Assembly: GCA_027923505.1 (NCBI GenBank)
Contig: BROI01000002.1
Coordinates: forward strand, 1,860,001-1,924,000
Length of the DNA stretch: 64,000 nucleotides
Source: Mayamaea pseudoterrestris
Taxonomy: Eukaryota
Direction of reading: 5' to 3'
Position numbers and translations under genes: made by a program. Positions 48,114 through 59,071 of this stretch are shown piece by piece (position 1 is the first letter of the stretch; every line of letters starts with the position of its first letter). The notes under the pieces are model-generated. The model did not search any database, had not been told where the DNA came from, and saw only the letters and a program-made list of their open reading frames with translations.

Positions 48114-49544
48114 TTACCCCATGGCAGCGATTTGCTGCTTGAACTGCTTGACAGCAGGAATCTGCGACGCAATCGAAGCTCGTCGAAACTCGTCATAGTT
48201 CCACTGCATGGATTTCTTCAAGTTGTCGCTTGGCCCTTCAATCTGGCGGGCACGCTGCGCCTTGACAAACTCGTTGAAGTATTGGCGATATGACTCCTCG
48301 TTTAACTGAACACCCAGAATGTTGTCCAAGGTAGTCTTGGTGAAGGGAACTGACTCATCCATTGCATCCAAATCCTCTGGGTTCATCGCTGCGACCAACT
48401 GGCAAATGAGATGAAAGCCGCGAGTATACGGCAGCGCCGCTCCCTGATCACGCATCACCTCGGCCGCCTCATCGGCAAAGTCGTCCGATTCCGAGCAGTA
48501 TGGAGCAACCTCTTCAGCGTCCTTCATCCATTCCACCTCCTGATCCTCATTCGTGCAGCTCAAAAACGTCATGGGGTTCTCGGCTGGATTCTGGCGGTTC
48601 TTGAGAATGTTAATAATCTCTCGCTTGGCCATTTCACCGCCATTCGGTGTTCCATCTCCAAAAAAGTAGCGGGCAATGCTAGCGCCTTGGCCTCGAATGA
48701 ACGAGTCCTGCAACTTCTCCAAGGCTGGCGTTGTTCCCATGGGTCCACGCGCAAACACGGCATCAACCTGCTGATAGGCATCCGCCAGGAACGTGTGAGG
48801 ATCGCGGCCTTGACGCGTCAAGGAAATGCGATCCTTGCGATTCAGAAACTCAATGCCAATCTGGTTGAAAGGTACATATGCAAGAATCTCCAGCATTTCC
48901 TTGAGACGCTCCTTGGCTTCCATCCAGCGAGTGTTTGGCTTGCGCGTCACCTTGTCAATGGTATCTGACAAGCACTGCATGGAGCCCGAATCGTCAATGA
49001 TGAATTCGAGTGACTGAAACTCGGATAGCATCATGAGTTTATTCATGAGGCCAATGGGAACTTCGTACTTGCCAAGCACGGCACCTAGCTCATCCACCAT
49101 GGTGTCGGCTGTCACTGCAAGACCGAGATGAAGAGGATACAACGTTAGTTTAAGAACAATCGTGAGCATAATACTGCATCTGCCTTTCATCAATCGTGTG
49201 GATCGCATGCCCTATATAAATAGCCTTGTGCCATTTCAGCCACCCACTGCCACAATGCTTCAATGATACTTGTAAAACTTACTTCCAGCAGCTAAACTAA
49301 TCTCAGGCTCTTGCATCATTTCAATTGTTGCATTCGTAGACTCGGAGAGAGGCGTCTCCATGCCCAAGTCTGAATTGAATTGCGCGTAATCATCCATGCT
49401 TGACACCACCGGAAGCGCCGCATCGGGACGAGCCACCGTCGTTGATGGAACTCCGCCCGCCTGAGCATCCTGAAACCTCTTGTATTCGGGATTAAGCTTC
49501 ATCACGCCACCGACTTTGATGTATTTCTTCGGAGCAGACGACAT
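48114..49544 (-). CDS. von Willebrand factor A domain protein; exons 49544-49283 and 49114-48114
   Basis: MIDAS motif FIIDDSGSM, GTTP and FFGDGTP. A GT-AG intron joins the two ORFs in frame. Confidence 0.8.
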
Positions 49545-49866
49545 GGTAAGGTAAATAGGAGTTGTAGTCTTGAAGGAAGGGTTGGTTTCGTTTTGGATTG
49601 TGCGTGACGGCACGAGTCGAAGGCGCCTGCCGTTTCGCGGAAGATCTTCCGAATTCGATGAGTCATCAATGAGTACCGTTACGAGTGTCGTACAACCACT
49701 CGACCGTTTCGGCGGCGACGAATGACCATGACGAACAACATCGCGGCCACAAACACGACGCGTAATAACTGCGGAGCAATCATTGGAAAGGAAGACCTCT
49801 ACAAGCTGTAAAGCATAGTTAGAACTGAAGTTCCTGCTGCACTGATATCAGTACTGTACTGTCAAT

Positions 49867-51207
49867 ATGAGTACAATGACCATGAGCCCAAGCGCTCCAA
49901 CATCCATGTCAGCTGCAACATCATCATTTTACTACCCATCCATTTCTAGATCCGACGAATTACTTTCATGCGCCAAGACTGTAGTCAAAATGGCGCAGCG
50001 ACAGCATGCCAACAATACGCAGTCCATGCAGGATGCAGCATCAGACTCTAGTGCATGGTGGTCTCACTACAACCCGACGCACATGCATTTGCACCAGGTG
50101 GAACACTCTGCGCCCACGTCATCCATTCTTGAAGACTGCCTTGCCCTTCTCCGCACCATGGAGGGTGAACTGAAGCAGCTTGAACTCTTGGTGAGACGCC
50201 GCGGCCATACCAACGACCCGACGGAGGAAATTACCCGCGCCGTGCAGCGACTTGAAGCGGACGCCAAGCAAGTGTCACAGCTGATGCGCACCATGGTACC
50301 ACCAACGGCTCGCGGACAGTGTCGCAAGCATTGGGAAGTCTTGCAGCAATGGTTTCAGTCAGTGGCGCAAAAGCAGAGTGAGCGACTCAAGGAAATTCTC
50401 AAAGTCAGAAGCAAGGTGCTGGAGGAGCAGCAGCAACGGCGGAAGCGGTTTCAAGCGTCATCAAGTTCGAACAGTAGCACCAAGGCTGCCTATCAGGACA
50501 ATCCACTCTTTCAAATACAAAAAGTCAAGCCGCCTGCTAATGGAGCTTTGAATACAGCTGCTACAAATGGACAAGTGTCGGCTGCGACGTCAAAGGCAGT
50601 GCAAGCGCCATCTACTGGACAGAATGGAAGTAACGTTACAAAGCTACCCCGACAAAATACTAATCACCAACCTCCATTGACGGCAGGAGGATACTATGCA
50701 GCCTCTTCAAGCAGCAACAACGCTACCAGTCTATACAATAGCGCATCTGCGGCTGGTTATGGCGGAGCGGCAGCAGCGTCCACAACCTACTACAGCGCTG
50801 GCAGCCACACCACTGGCATGCGACAACGCCGCGTCACTCCATCCTTTTCACATCACGACAATCATCAGCAGCACAATCAGCAAGACGCTCAAACCCAGTT
50901 TCTCATTCAGCAGCAGCAGGAGGAGCGCGCCACGCAGCAGCGACTACAGGAAGCTCGACACGCGGAGCGATCCTTGGCCGAGCTGGGCACATTGTTTGGT
51001 AAAATGAGTTCCTTGATTAGTCAGCAGTCGGAGGTTTTGGAAAATATTGAGGATGACGTTGAAGCGGCGTGCATTGACGTTGCGGCAGGGCATGCGGAAA
51101 TTACGACACTGTATTCGATCAAACGGGGGAATCGAGCGTTGATTCTAAAGGTGTTTGGTTTGCTGATTTTCTTTATCATTTTCATGCGACTTTACGCTAA
51201 AAAGTAA
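49867..51207 (+). CDS. STX5: Syntaxin-5/Sed5-like Golgi Qa-SNARE
   Basis: Habc region (NDPTEEI...HWEVL), SNARE motif ELGTLFGKMSSLISQQSEVLENIEDDV, NRALILKVF and a C-terminal TM anchor. Confidence 0.85.
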   Translation: MSTMTMSPSAPTSMSAATSSFYYPSISRSDELLSCAKTVVKMAQRQHANNTQSMQDAASDSSAWWSHYNPTHMHLHQVEHSAPTSSILEDCLALLRTMEGELKQLELLVRRRGHTNDPTEEITRAVQRLEADAKQVSQLMRTMVPPTARGQCRKHWEVLQQWFQSVAQKQSERLKEILKVRSKVLEEQQQRRKRFQASSSSNSSTKAAYQDNPLFQIQKVKPPANGALNTAATNGQVSAATSKAVQAPSTGQNGSNVTKLPRQNTNHQPPLTAGGYYAASSSSNNATSLYNSASAAGYGGAAAASTTYYSAGSHTTGMRQRRVTPSFSHHDNHQQHNQQDAQTQFLIQQQQEERATQQRLQEARHAERSLAELGTLFGKMSSLISQQSEVLENIEDDVEAACIDVAAGHAEITTLYSIKRGNRALILKVFGLLIFFIIFMRLYAKK

Positions 51208-51326
51208 GATACTGGAGTATAACTCTTAAAGTTTTTGCGAAACTGGAATAACACTGTAAACGTTTTTATAGACCAATTTCGAAATCGTATCGTACATATG
51301 AGTGCAAAGGGAAGCCCATGCCCGCG

Positions 51327-52685
51327 TCATTTGCTAATAACATCGCTCGTAGAAACGGTTGCATCTGGCTTGCTCTTTTCGATCCAGTAGTCTAGCATCT
51401 CGCCGAGTGCCGTTTGGAAAACGCGGCCCGGCGATTTGGCAAGCTCTGTCAAGAGGCGTATCTGAATGACTTCAAGTATCATGTCAATCGGTTGATAGAC
51501 GGCCGGAAAGGCAGGATTTTCCGCGTCCTTGCAGGACAAGGGTGGACACAATTCTGCTGCTCGAAACACTACTTGTTTCAAATAGATTGGTTTGCCCCAA
51601 CACGTCAGCAACGAGGAATGATCCTCCACGCCATTTCCATCTTCGACTACCTTGCTCATACCTCCAGCACCTTCCTGAAAGTGGTAAATATTATCGCGCG
51701 TAAATATGCGAGCATCCTGCACAACAATCCTTCCGACTCGACCATATACAATCTTTTCCTTTGCCAGCTTGCGTCGATGTGGCTGCACCACTTGATGCAA
51801 CTGCCGCTCCTTTTCAACAAACTGCTTGGAAACATCCCGCACGATCTTGATACCTTCCTGCATGACTTCTGACTTGTTGCTCGACTTTTGGAGAGCCTTG
51901 AGATGAGTGGTAATGGAAAGTCGCGATTCGTAGAGGGCGTCCTGAAAGGTTCCCTTCTTTGCGGCTCGTCCAAGCGCGCGAAGCATGCCGTCCACTAGTT
52001 TTTGGGCCTTGTCTTGGTTTTCTCCAGTGCTACTATCATGGCTAGTAACGCTGTCGGCTGAGTTCGATGGAGGATGCTGTTGGGCATCCACAAAGTGATC
52101 AGATTGCTGCTGCGTCAATAACTCCTTGCGCTGCCGCTCGCCTCCATTATTACTGCTACTACCAGCATCACTTGTCCCCACAGCCCCAGCAACGTAATCT
52201 GGAATTTGTACATGAGGATCCAGCAAATAAAAGTTGAAGAGTTCCTGCTTGCGCTCGACAAAGACTTGAACATCCGCCAGCTCCACGCTGTAAATGTCGA
52301 GCGGAATCTCCTCAAAGCCCATGAGCCAAAAGCGAATCAAAATGGCCAAGACATTGGATTCAACGTGAGCCTTTCCTATGCGAGCAAGTACTGGAGATTC
52401 CCACTGCCATGTCTCGCGTCGGGGCGAATGAATAATGACTTCATTGATCCAAGCGTGGCCACGCAGTATATCAAACTGAACGGATCCAATTGTGACGGGA
52501 GTATGGTTGAGAATCTTGGAGGCTTCCGACTCGAGAATATATTGTATAAAGCGATGAATCCAGCCAAAGTAGTAGGCCATGGAGAGGAAAAGTGCGATAC
52601 CAAGGAGTGCTTGACTTATGTAAATGATGACGAGCGAGCTCGCTTGAAAGAGCAAAACTGCTGGTTTTAGAATGATTGACACCAT
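51327..52685 (-). CDS. Membrane-anchored protein of unknown function, AsmA-like N-terminal region
   Basis: 452-aa ORF with an N-terminal TM followed by ASKILNHTPVTIGSVQFDILRG-type beta-rich segment. The family assignment is tentative. Confidence 0.55.
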   Translation of the reverse strand: MVSIILKPAVLLFQASSLVIIYISQALLGIALFLSMAYYFGWIHRFIQYILESEASKILNHTPVTIGSVQFDILRGHAWINEVIIHSPRRETWQWESPVLARIGKAHVESNVLAILIRFWLMGFEEIPLDIYSVELADVQVFVERKQELFNFYLLDPHVQIPDYVAGAVGTSDAGSSSNNGGERQRKELLTQQQSDHFVDAQQHPPSNSADSVTSHDSSTGENQDKAQKLVDGMLRALGRAAKKGTFQDALYESRLSITTHLKALQKSSNKSEVMQEGIKIVRDVSKQFVEKERQLHQVVQPHRRKLAKEKIVYGRVGRIVVQDARIFTRDNIYHFQEGAGGMSKVVEDGNGVEDHSSLLTCWGKPIYLKQVVFRAAELCPPLSCKDAENPAFPAVYQPIDMILEVIQIRLLTELAKSPGRVFQTALGEMLDYWIEKSKPDATVSTSDVISK

Positions 52686-53020
52686 GATTTTGTATCCTGC
52701 GTCTCCAATAGGCGCTACAGAAGAGTCATGAAGGGCTAGTGCTCTAACAAGGGATCTGCTACTGAATCGTTGAAGAATTTTGTTGGATCAATGAGGGTGA
52801 CATGTCCATGGCCGAATTGCTCGAGCATCACGACGACGTCGCATCCATGTCGGATCGGTTTTCATTCAACGGATCGAACGGTCTTGATGCGGCGCGCCAG
52901 CCCGCCGCGCCCGGAAGTTGCCGACGACACACAATCGTCAAACCTTTTGTTCTTCAAGACCTTTCCATCCTTGTTGACTATCTCTCCTTCATTACATCTA
53001 CAACTACTAGTACTATTAAA

Positions 53021-53935
53021 ATGCCATCTTCATTTGACGAAAAAATCCGCCAGGCAATTCCCGCCGAATTTCACATGATTTCCGGATCTCACGACAAGCA
53101 AACCAGTGCCGACGTTTCCAATGTTGGACAGTTTCGTCTGCCGGATCCAGCCGGTCGGGCGGGAGGAGCCTGCACGTCAGCCTTGTTAAAAGTCTTGTAT
53201 CGGGATGGCATGGGGACCTATGTGGAGACGTTACGTAAAATGAGACAAGTCTTGGTGAGAGACATGGGCTTTTCGCAGGTGCCGCAGCTGACGAGTAGTC
53301 GCATGATTGATGTCAACAAGCCCATGCATATTGTTCCGCCGCAGTGTTCGCACGGACGACGACGAGCTGTACTGATTGGAATCAATTATACAGGACAGCA
53401 AGGCCAGCTATCTGGATGTCACCATGATGCTATGAACATCAAGAAATATCTAATTGACGTTCAAAAGTTCAACGAATCGGAGATGCTCATTCTCATGGAC
53501 GACGGCAAACACCACTCTCCCACGAAGCGCAACATTGAGGATGCCTTTCGACGCATTACAGAATACAGTCAAGCGGGAGACGTTGTGTTTGTGCATTACT
53601 CTGGTCACGGAGGACGCGTTCGCGACTACAGTGGCGATGAGGAGGATGGCTATGACGAAACACTCATTCCAGTTGACTTTAAAACGGCTGGGCAAATTAT
53701 TGATGATGACATTTTAAAAATGTTGGTTAAACCAATGCGCGCTGGTGTTCATGTGACAGTGCTCATGGACTGTTGCCACAGTGGAACGGTCTTGGATCTG
53801 CCGTATCGATTCTCGGCGGATGACTCGCAGATGCATGTCGACCAAGGCTTTAAAATGCAAAGCTTGGGAATGGGTGCGCAAGTGGCGATTGGATGCTGTC
53901 TGTTCATGTTGCTAGAGTCCTTGCTGGATGGATAG
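53021..53935 (+). CDS. Type III metacaspase (p10 before p20)
   Basis: p10 motifs MISGSHDKQTSAD, GGACTSALL and FSQVPQLTSS precede p20 motifs RAVLIGINY, HYSGHG and DCCHSG. Likely start MPSSFD. Confidence 0.92.
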   Translation: MPSSFDEKIRQAIPAEFHMISGSHDKQTSADVSNVGQFRLPDPAGRAGGACTSALLKVLYRDGMGTYVETLRKMRQVLVRDMGFSQVPQLTSSRMIDVNKPMHIVPPQCSHGRRRAVLIGINYTGQQGQLSGCHHDAMNIKKYLIDVQKFNESEMLILMDDGKHHSPTKRNIEDAFRRITEYSQAGDVVFVHYSGHGGRVRDYSGDEEDGYDETLIPVDFKTAGQIIDDDILKMLVKPMRAGVHVTVLMDCCHSGTVLDLPYRFSADDSQMHVDQGFKMQSLGMGAQVAIGCCLFMLLESLLDG

Positions 53936-54123
53936 GTATTGCGAAGTGCTTGAACTGCTGGAGGAGGACAATAGCATATTGTATTTTGTTACTAATGTAG
54001 CATAGCTGCCAGTAGAAATGTTGTAGTCCATGATGCGCGATGCCTAAACAAAAACAATTTAACTAGCGCATAATCAAAACTTTCATGTTGGCAATCAGAT
54101 ACTTTCAAAATACTTTTATATAG

Positions 54124-56514
54124 CTAATGCCTTGTCGTTTGAGACTGCAAATTCGATAGTGCGCGACGAAAGCGAGATGATGAATGTTCATCCCACCACT
54201 TTTTGAATGCCGCAACAGTCACGCGACCTTGTCCACTGGCGTCCATTTCTGCAATAACCTTTTCAACCTCATTATCGGACAGGTCAAGACCTAGTCGATG
54301 AACAACTTGTGATACGCCCTGCCTGTCTATAAAGCCATCCCCGTTCAGGTCAAGTGCGGTGAACAACGATTCAGGCGAGTCAACAACCGCATCGGTAATA
54401 TTCACCGAATTTGTCAGCGCAGCAGACAAGTGGCCTCCATACGACGCAATGTATCCTTCTGCCGCTGCTACTTGCTTCTGCTTCACCTGGTCCGTCCAGC
54501 CAAGCTCATGAGCCATGATATCCGCCACGCGCGGAACCGCTTCCAATGCAGCCTTTTGATTCAAAAACGCCAATCTCGTGCGCCGACTCAGTACATCTTC
54601 AATCGTGCAAGCATATTCGCGGCATGCGAAAGTAACCTCAGCGCTGACATATGGAAAGCCTTGGATGAGACGCTCACTAGCACTGTGTTTATCGGAATGC
54701 CCAGTAGCGTTACCGAGCTCACATACTTCAACAGCGCGCGCCCCATAGGTTCGTACCAAGTGCTCTGCAACATCCTCATCTAAACCATACTTCTGTATCA
54801 GATCCACCGTCAGATGATCTGAAAAACCGTCACCTCCGTGTAGCTTAATATTTAACGTTAAGCACTTTGGACCATGCTGGCCAACGACTCGATCCGTCAC
54901 TTCCTCCGCCATTAGTCGCCAGGTCGTCCACTTGCCTCCAGCAACAAACATTACTCCCGACGTTGGATTCTCCGAAATAATATGATCCCGACTGACAGGA
55001 GCGCCGGGTGCTGCATTTGGGTCGACTGCCAGTGGCCGCCATCCTCGCCATGAGCTCAATACGTCGGATCGTTTCATCTTGAGATCGGGACTCAAATATT
55101 TTTGACATTCGTTGAGTAGCCACTCAATTTCGTCCTCTGGCGCACTCGGTAGTGTCTCGGCGCGGTTCTTCTTGTCGGTCGTTCCTACCAATGTATGCCC
55201 TTGCCAGGGCAGCATAAACAGAAAACGCCCATCGCTGGTATTCATATCAAGCAAACCCAAATCCTTTGGCATGAAATAGCCCGGTAGTACAATGTGTGTT
55301 CCAGACGCTCCTTGGACAGCCTCCTTGACTTGATGCTGTTGTTCATCGTCAACCTCCATCTTTCGCAAACCATCCGTAAATGGTCCACCCGCCAGTACAA
55401 TTTTGTTGGCATAAACATTCCAAGTTTTACCAGTCGTTCGATCCATCACCTTGGCGCCAATGACAATGCCATTTTCGTTGCGAATGAAATCAATCGCCTC
55501 CACGTAATTGGCAATGGCGGCACCTCGCTGCGCCGCCGTCATGGCAATGGCCAAGTTGGTACGTGCGTCATTGTGCTGGGCCTCGTAAAAAACGGCGCAA
55601 TATTTAATGTGCTTCTCGTCAATGCCAAGCTGCGGAAAGACTTGCTTGGCGCGCGACTTGCTCAACATGTAGGATGGTGGACAGGAAAAGCTGGAGAGTG
55701 CGTCGTAGAATTTAAAGACCAGTGGTGCCAAGAAAGGAATAAATCCAAAGAGCTTATTGTCCATGGGTGGAGGCGATACATACCAAGCATCAAAGGGAAC
55801 GACAATCGGTATCCAGTTGGTCAAGTGTTTCTGCTGCTCCACCATGTAGCGACGCTCCTGATGGCAGTGCTTGACCATGCGGAGCTCCTCGGTGAAGTCA
55901 ATAATGGTTTGACGTGGATTCGTAATCAAGTTCACACTCAGCAAGGCACTCGTCGCCGTTCCCAAATACTTGAGTCCCGCCCAAATGAGTTTGGTGCTTC
56001 GTGAACTTGTTTCCGAAGCAAAGTCACCTCGCTCAATGCAGGCAACGCGTAGGTTGCGCGTGGCAGCGTCAAGGGCAATCCCCGCGCCAGTGGCTCCACC
56101 GCCAATCACCAACACGTCGAATGGAGCTGCAGCAGCAGAATCGGACGCTTGACTAGAATGATCCTTGTCATTGTCACTAGAAGCATCATTCGCATCAATA
56201 GATTCATTCGCATTCTGCTGGAGCCGACGAATCTGTTCAGCTCGACTTGGAATTCCTTTCGGCCCAGGCACTTGCTTTTGCGAGTCACCATCATCATCAT
56301 TCACTACACTGGTCCATCTCAGACCAGCGTCTCGAGCCGCAGAATTCAATGACCGATGACGATGATTGCTGTTAAAGCTTGCCTCTTGCTCCTGTCGTGA
56401 CGACGACGCAAAGGATCGGCGTCGCGGAACGACCGATCGACGAGCCGTTGACCAAGAATTCATCTTGGCGCTGGAGACGCAGGAGCGTCGAATGGTAGAC
56501 GCGGATCGTAACAT
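54124..56514 (-). CDS. GPD2: Mitochondrial FAD-dependent glycerol-3-phosphate dehydrogenase with C-terminal EF-hands
   Basis: R/S-rich presequence, DVLVIGGGATGAG, ETSSRSTKL, GGKWTTWR, DVLSRRTRLAFL and EF-hand loops DLNGDGFID and DASGQGRVT. Confidence 0.93.
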   Translation of the reverse strand: MLRSASTIRRSCVSSAKMNSWSTARRSVVPRRRSFASSSRQEQEASFNSNHRHRSLNSAARDAGLRWTSVVNDDDGDSQKQVPGPKGIPSRAEQIRRLQQNANESIDANDASSDNDKDHSSQASDSAAAAPFDVLVIGGGATGAGIALDAATRNLRVACIERGDFASETSSRSTKLIWAGLKYLGTATSALLSVNLITNPRQTIIDFTEELRMVKHCHQERRYMVEQQKHLTNWIPIVVPFDAWYVSPPPMDNKLFGFIPFLAPLVFKFYDALSSFSCPPSYMLSKSRAKQVFPQLGIDEKHIKYCAVFYEAQHNDARTNLAIAMTAAQRGAAIANYVEAIDFIRNENGIVIGAKVMDRTTGKTWNVYANKIVLAGGPFTDGLRKMEVDDEQQHQVKEAVQGASGTHIVLPGYFMPKDLGLLDMNTSDGRFLFMLPWQGHTLVGTTDKKNRAETLPSAPEDEIEWLLNECQKYLSPDLKMKRSDVLSSWRGWRPLAVDPNAAPGAPVSRDHIISENPTSGVMFVAGGKWTTWRLMAEEVTDRVVGQHGPKCLTLNIKLHGGDGFSDHLTVDLIQKYGLDEDVAEHLVRTYGARAVEVCELGNATGHSDKHSASERLIQGFPYVSAEVTFACREYACTIEDVLSRRTRLAFLNQKAALEAVPRVADIMAHELGWTDQVKQKQVAAAEGYIASYGGHLSAALTNSVNITDAVVDSPESLFTALDLNGDGFIDRQGVSQVVHRLGLDLSDNEVEKVIAEMDASGQGRVTVAAFKKWWDEHSSSRFRRALSNLQSQTTRH

Positions 56515-56821
56515 TGCTTGATAAAGAGGGTATAGGACAGATTCTTGTTGCAAATATACGACGGGATCGCTTTCGTCGTCGATGATAATCGTTGAATGGG
56601 TGATGGTTGCCTTTCGATTGATGTGTTTTGCAGTTTCGCGATGTCACGCGTTGGGATGACGCTCCCACGACTGACTTGGTCGCGAACGAGTCACAAACAG
56701 TAACGATGCGACATAGGGTGACGCATCACAACCAATCGGAGCGCTCGCGAACGCAATCGCGATCCACAGACACGAAACATCATCAACCAGCAGCAGCATC
56801 ATTCATTCTTGTCGCTCTACC

Positions 56822-57784
56822 ATGATGAAGCCGATAACAACCATCGGCATTAGCATATGCATCGGCTCATTGCTCGCCAGCAGTGCAGCAGCTTTCACTA
56901 CCAGTAGAATACAGCAGCTTGGCTATACATGCCATCGCCATCATGCGCAGCCGTCGCTTCTAGTCCGACCAATGGTTCTTTCGACGCCATCTGCCAGCAC
57001 CTCTACCACTGTTCGAGACGACGAAACGATCACTAACGAAGGAGAGGACCAGGAATGCGTCATTAGTACATCACCCGCCTCTGTCTTTGGAAGTCCCATT
57101 GACCAATCCACCAAGGATTTTAACTTTAACTTGGTCAAAACACTCAAATCATTTCTATTCGACAATATTTTCCAAGGAACATCCGTCCAACGCGCCTACG
57201 CTCGCTTCTACGCACTCGAAACGATTGCCCGCATGCCATACTTTTCCTATCTGTCGGTCCTGCACTTGTTTGAAACGCTTGGTTTGTGGCGACGAGCCGA
57301 TTACTTAAAGATACACTTTTCGCAATCGTGGAACGAGCTGCACCACTTGCTCATCATGGAGGAGCTTGGCGGAAACGCACAATGGAAGGATCGATTCGTG
57401 GCGCAGCATATTGCCTTCTTTTACTACTGGATCGTTGTCAGTTTGTACCTGCTGAATCCGACGAACGCCTACAACTTGAACCAAGCCGTCGAGGAGGAAG
57501 CCTTTGCAACGTACGACGCCTTTCTCAAGCAAAACGCCGACTATTTGAAGCAACAGCCAGCGCCGAGCCAGGCTGTCAAGTATTATAGTGGCGAGGACTT
57601 TTACTTGTTTGACGCCATGCATCACGGAGCATCGAGCAATATGGGTAGTGATAGTGGAGGTGCTGCCACGGGTAGAAGGCCCGACGTCAAGACCTTGTAC
57701 GATTGCTTTGCCGCCATTCGTGACGATGAGGCCGAGCACGTCAAAACCATGGCGCATTTACAAAAGGACGACAGTGAGTGCTAG
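56822..57784 (+). CDS. PTOX: Plastid terminal oxidase (alternative oxidase family)
   Basis: Bipartite signal ending AAA-F. Di-iron motifs RFYALETIARMPYF, WNELHHLLIME, VEEEAFATY and IRDDEAEH. Confidence 0.9.
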   Translation: MMKPITTIGISICIGSLLASSAAAFTTSRIQQLGYTCHRHHAQPSLLVRPMVLSTPSASTSTTVRDDETITNEGEDQECVISTSPASVFGSPIDQSTKDFNFNLVKTLKSFLFDNIFQGTSVQRAYARFYALETIARMPYFSYLSVLHLFETLGLWRRADYLKIHFSQSWNELHHLLIMEELGGNAQWKDRFVAQHIAFFYYWIVVSLYLLNPTNAYNLNQAVEEEAFATYDAFLKQNADYLKQQPAPSQAVKYYSGEDFYLFDAMHHGASSNMGSDSGGAATGRRPDVKTLYDCFAAIRDDEAEHVKTMAHLQKDDSEC

Positions 57785-57960
57785 AATATGTACAAGTAGT
57801 TTATCATGCTTAGAGTTACACACAATGTGTAGATTCATTTTCCACACTACGCTTCGCTCAGACATACACCTCCGAGCGTAAAAGCCATTTGCGAGTCTGG
57901 GCTTTCGCATCTCCAATCTATCATCCAAAGGATGAAATAGAGTCGTTGATGCCAAAAATG

Positions 57961-58764
57961 CTAGAGGATTTCGAGGTTGTCATAGGTCACCTGCAACGAC
58001 TCGTCGCCACTATCCGATTTCATATCAAGCTGATCCTTCCTGAGCTTCTCAACTACTTTTTGAAGCAACAAAGAATCCTTTGGACTGGCCATGACATACT
58101 CCGATGGCTTGTCGCCAAGGCAGCGCAGACAAAACGGAGAAGGACGTTTGTCAGAGTAAAAATGAATATTCTTTGCTAATATAAAAAGCATGTTGCCATT
58201 CACATCAATCGATATACTTAAGATATCAGCAAATGGAAACAAATATCCTAGTCCTGAAAATTGAAAGAGAAAAGTAAAATCGAATGAGAGATGAGAGGGG
58301 CAGCAAGCAGTTGGCAAGTGGGACGCCATGACGACTAAGAACTTACGATCTTCATCGAAGTGCACTACCCCTTCAGCGCTGATAGCAGTATGAGGAAGGG
58401 TGCTTCGGCATTTCTTGATGATTTCACTGATAAAGCCCGACCCCGAAATGATAATCAAGAAGCCTGTTAACGCGCTGATCAGCAGAGACAAGAGGATGCC
58501 AGCAGCATACATGACGACAGCGCCAACGAGCAAAAAGTTCATAACTTTTCGCTTGACAAAGTTGAAGTGCTCTGCATCGTGATCAAATACAGCAATAATG
58601 CTGTGTTTGCTGTCGTTGAAGAACTCATCTTGCCAAACATGCGTTGCAAGTTCCGGAACAATCACTTGCGCTCGAGCAGCCGAAACTATGATTGTTACAT
58701 TCTCCTTCTTGCTGGTGTCATCGCCGTGAACTGGCACGAGGCAATTTATACTACTAGCTCCCAT
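57961..58764 (-). CDS. Small two-TM protein of unknown function; probable in-frame intron 58346-58254
   Basis: 267-aa ORF with two hydrophobic helices and an internal 93-nt GTAAG...TTTTCAG segment. Confidence 0.55.
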   Translation of the reverse strand: MGASSINCLVPVHGDDTSKKENVTIIVSAARAQVIVPELATHVWQDEFFNDSKHSIIAVFDHDAEHFNFVKRKVMNFLLVGAVVMYAAGILLSLLISALTGFLIIISGSGFISEIIKKCRSTLPHTAISAEGVVHFDEDRKFLVVMASHLPTACCPSHLSFDFTFLFQFSGLGYLFPFADILSISIDVNGNMLFILAKNIHFYSDKRPSPFCLRCLGDKPSEYVMASPKDSLLLQKVVEKLRKDQLDMKSDSGDESLQVTYDNLEIL

Positions 58765-58860
58765 TGTTTAAGGATATTGTCCACGTTGACGTCTTGCCTT
58801 TTTACTTGTGATGTCGAAGAGGAGTAAAAACGACGAGAATAAGCTCGCTTTCTGCACATT

Positions 58861-59071
58861 TGTTGGATCTAGAATATATCTTGCGCGCCCTTGAAGCGAC
58901 ACTAATGATTAAGCAGAACAGAGTCAATAAAACCACTTTACTTATTTTCTCCAAGAAGTGATCGTCCTCGATCCACTCCTTCGGTTGCCGCTTACCGCGC
59001 TTACTTAAATGTGACCGTCTTCGTGACGTCACCGCTGCCGCTTCGGTTTGGGTTCTCATCCATGCTCAACA
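58861..59071 (-). repeat. 3' LTR (211 bp) of the Copia element
   Basis: TGTTG...CAACA termini, preceded on the minus strand by a purine-rich AAAGGAGTG tract (PPT-like). Matches 63872-64000. Confidence 0.95.
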
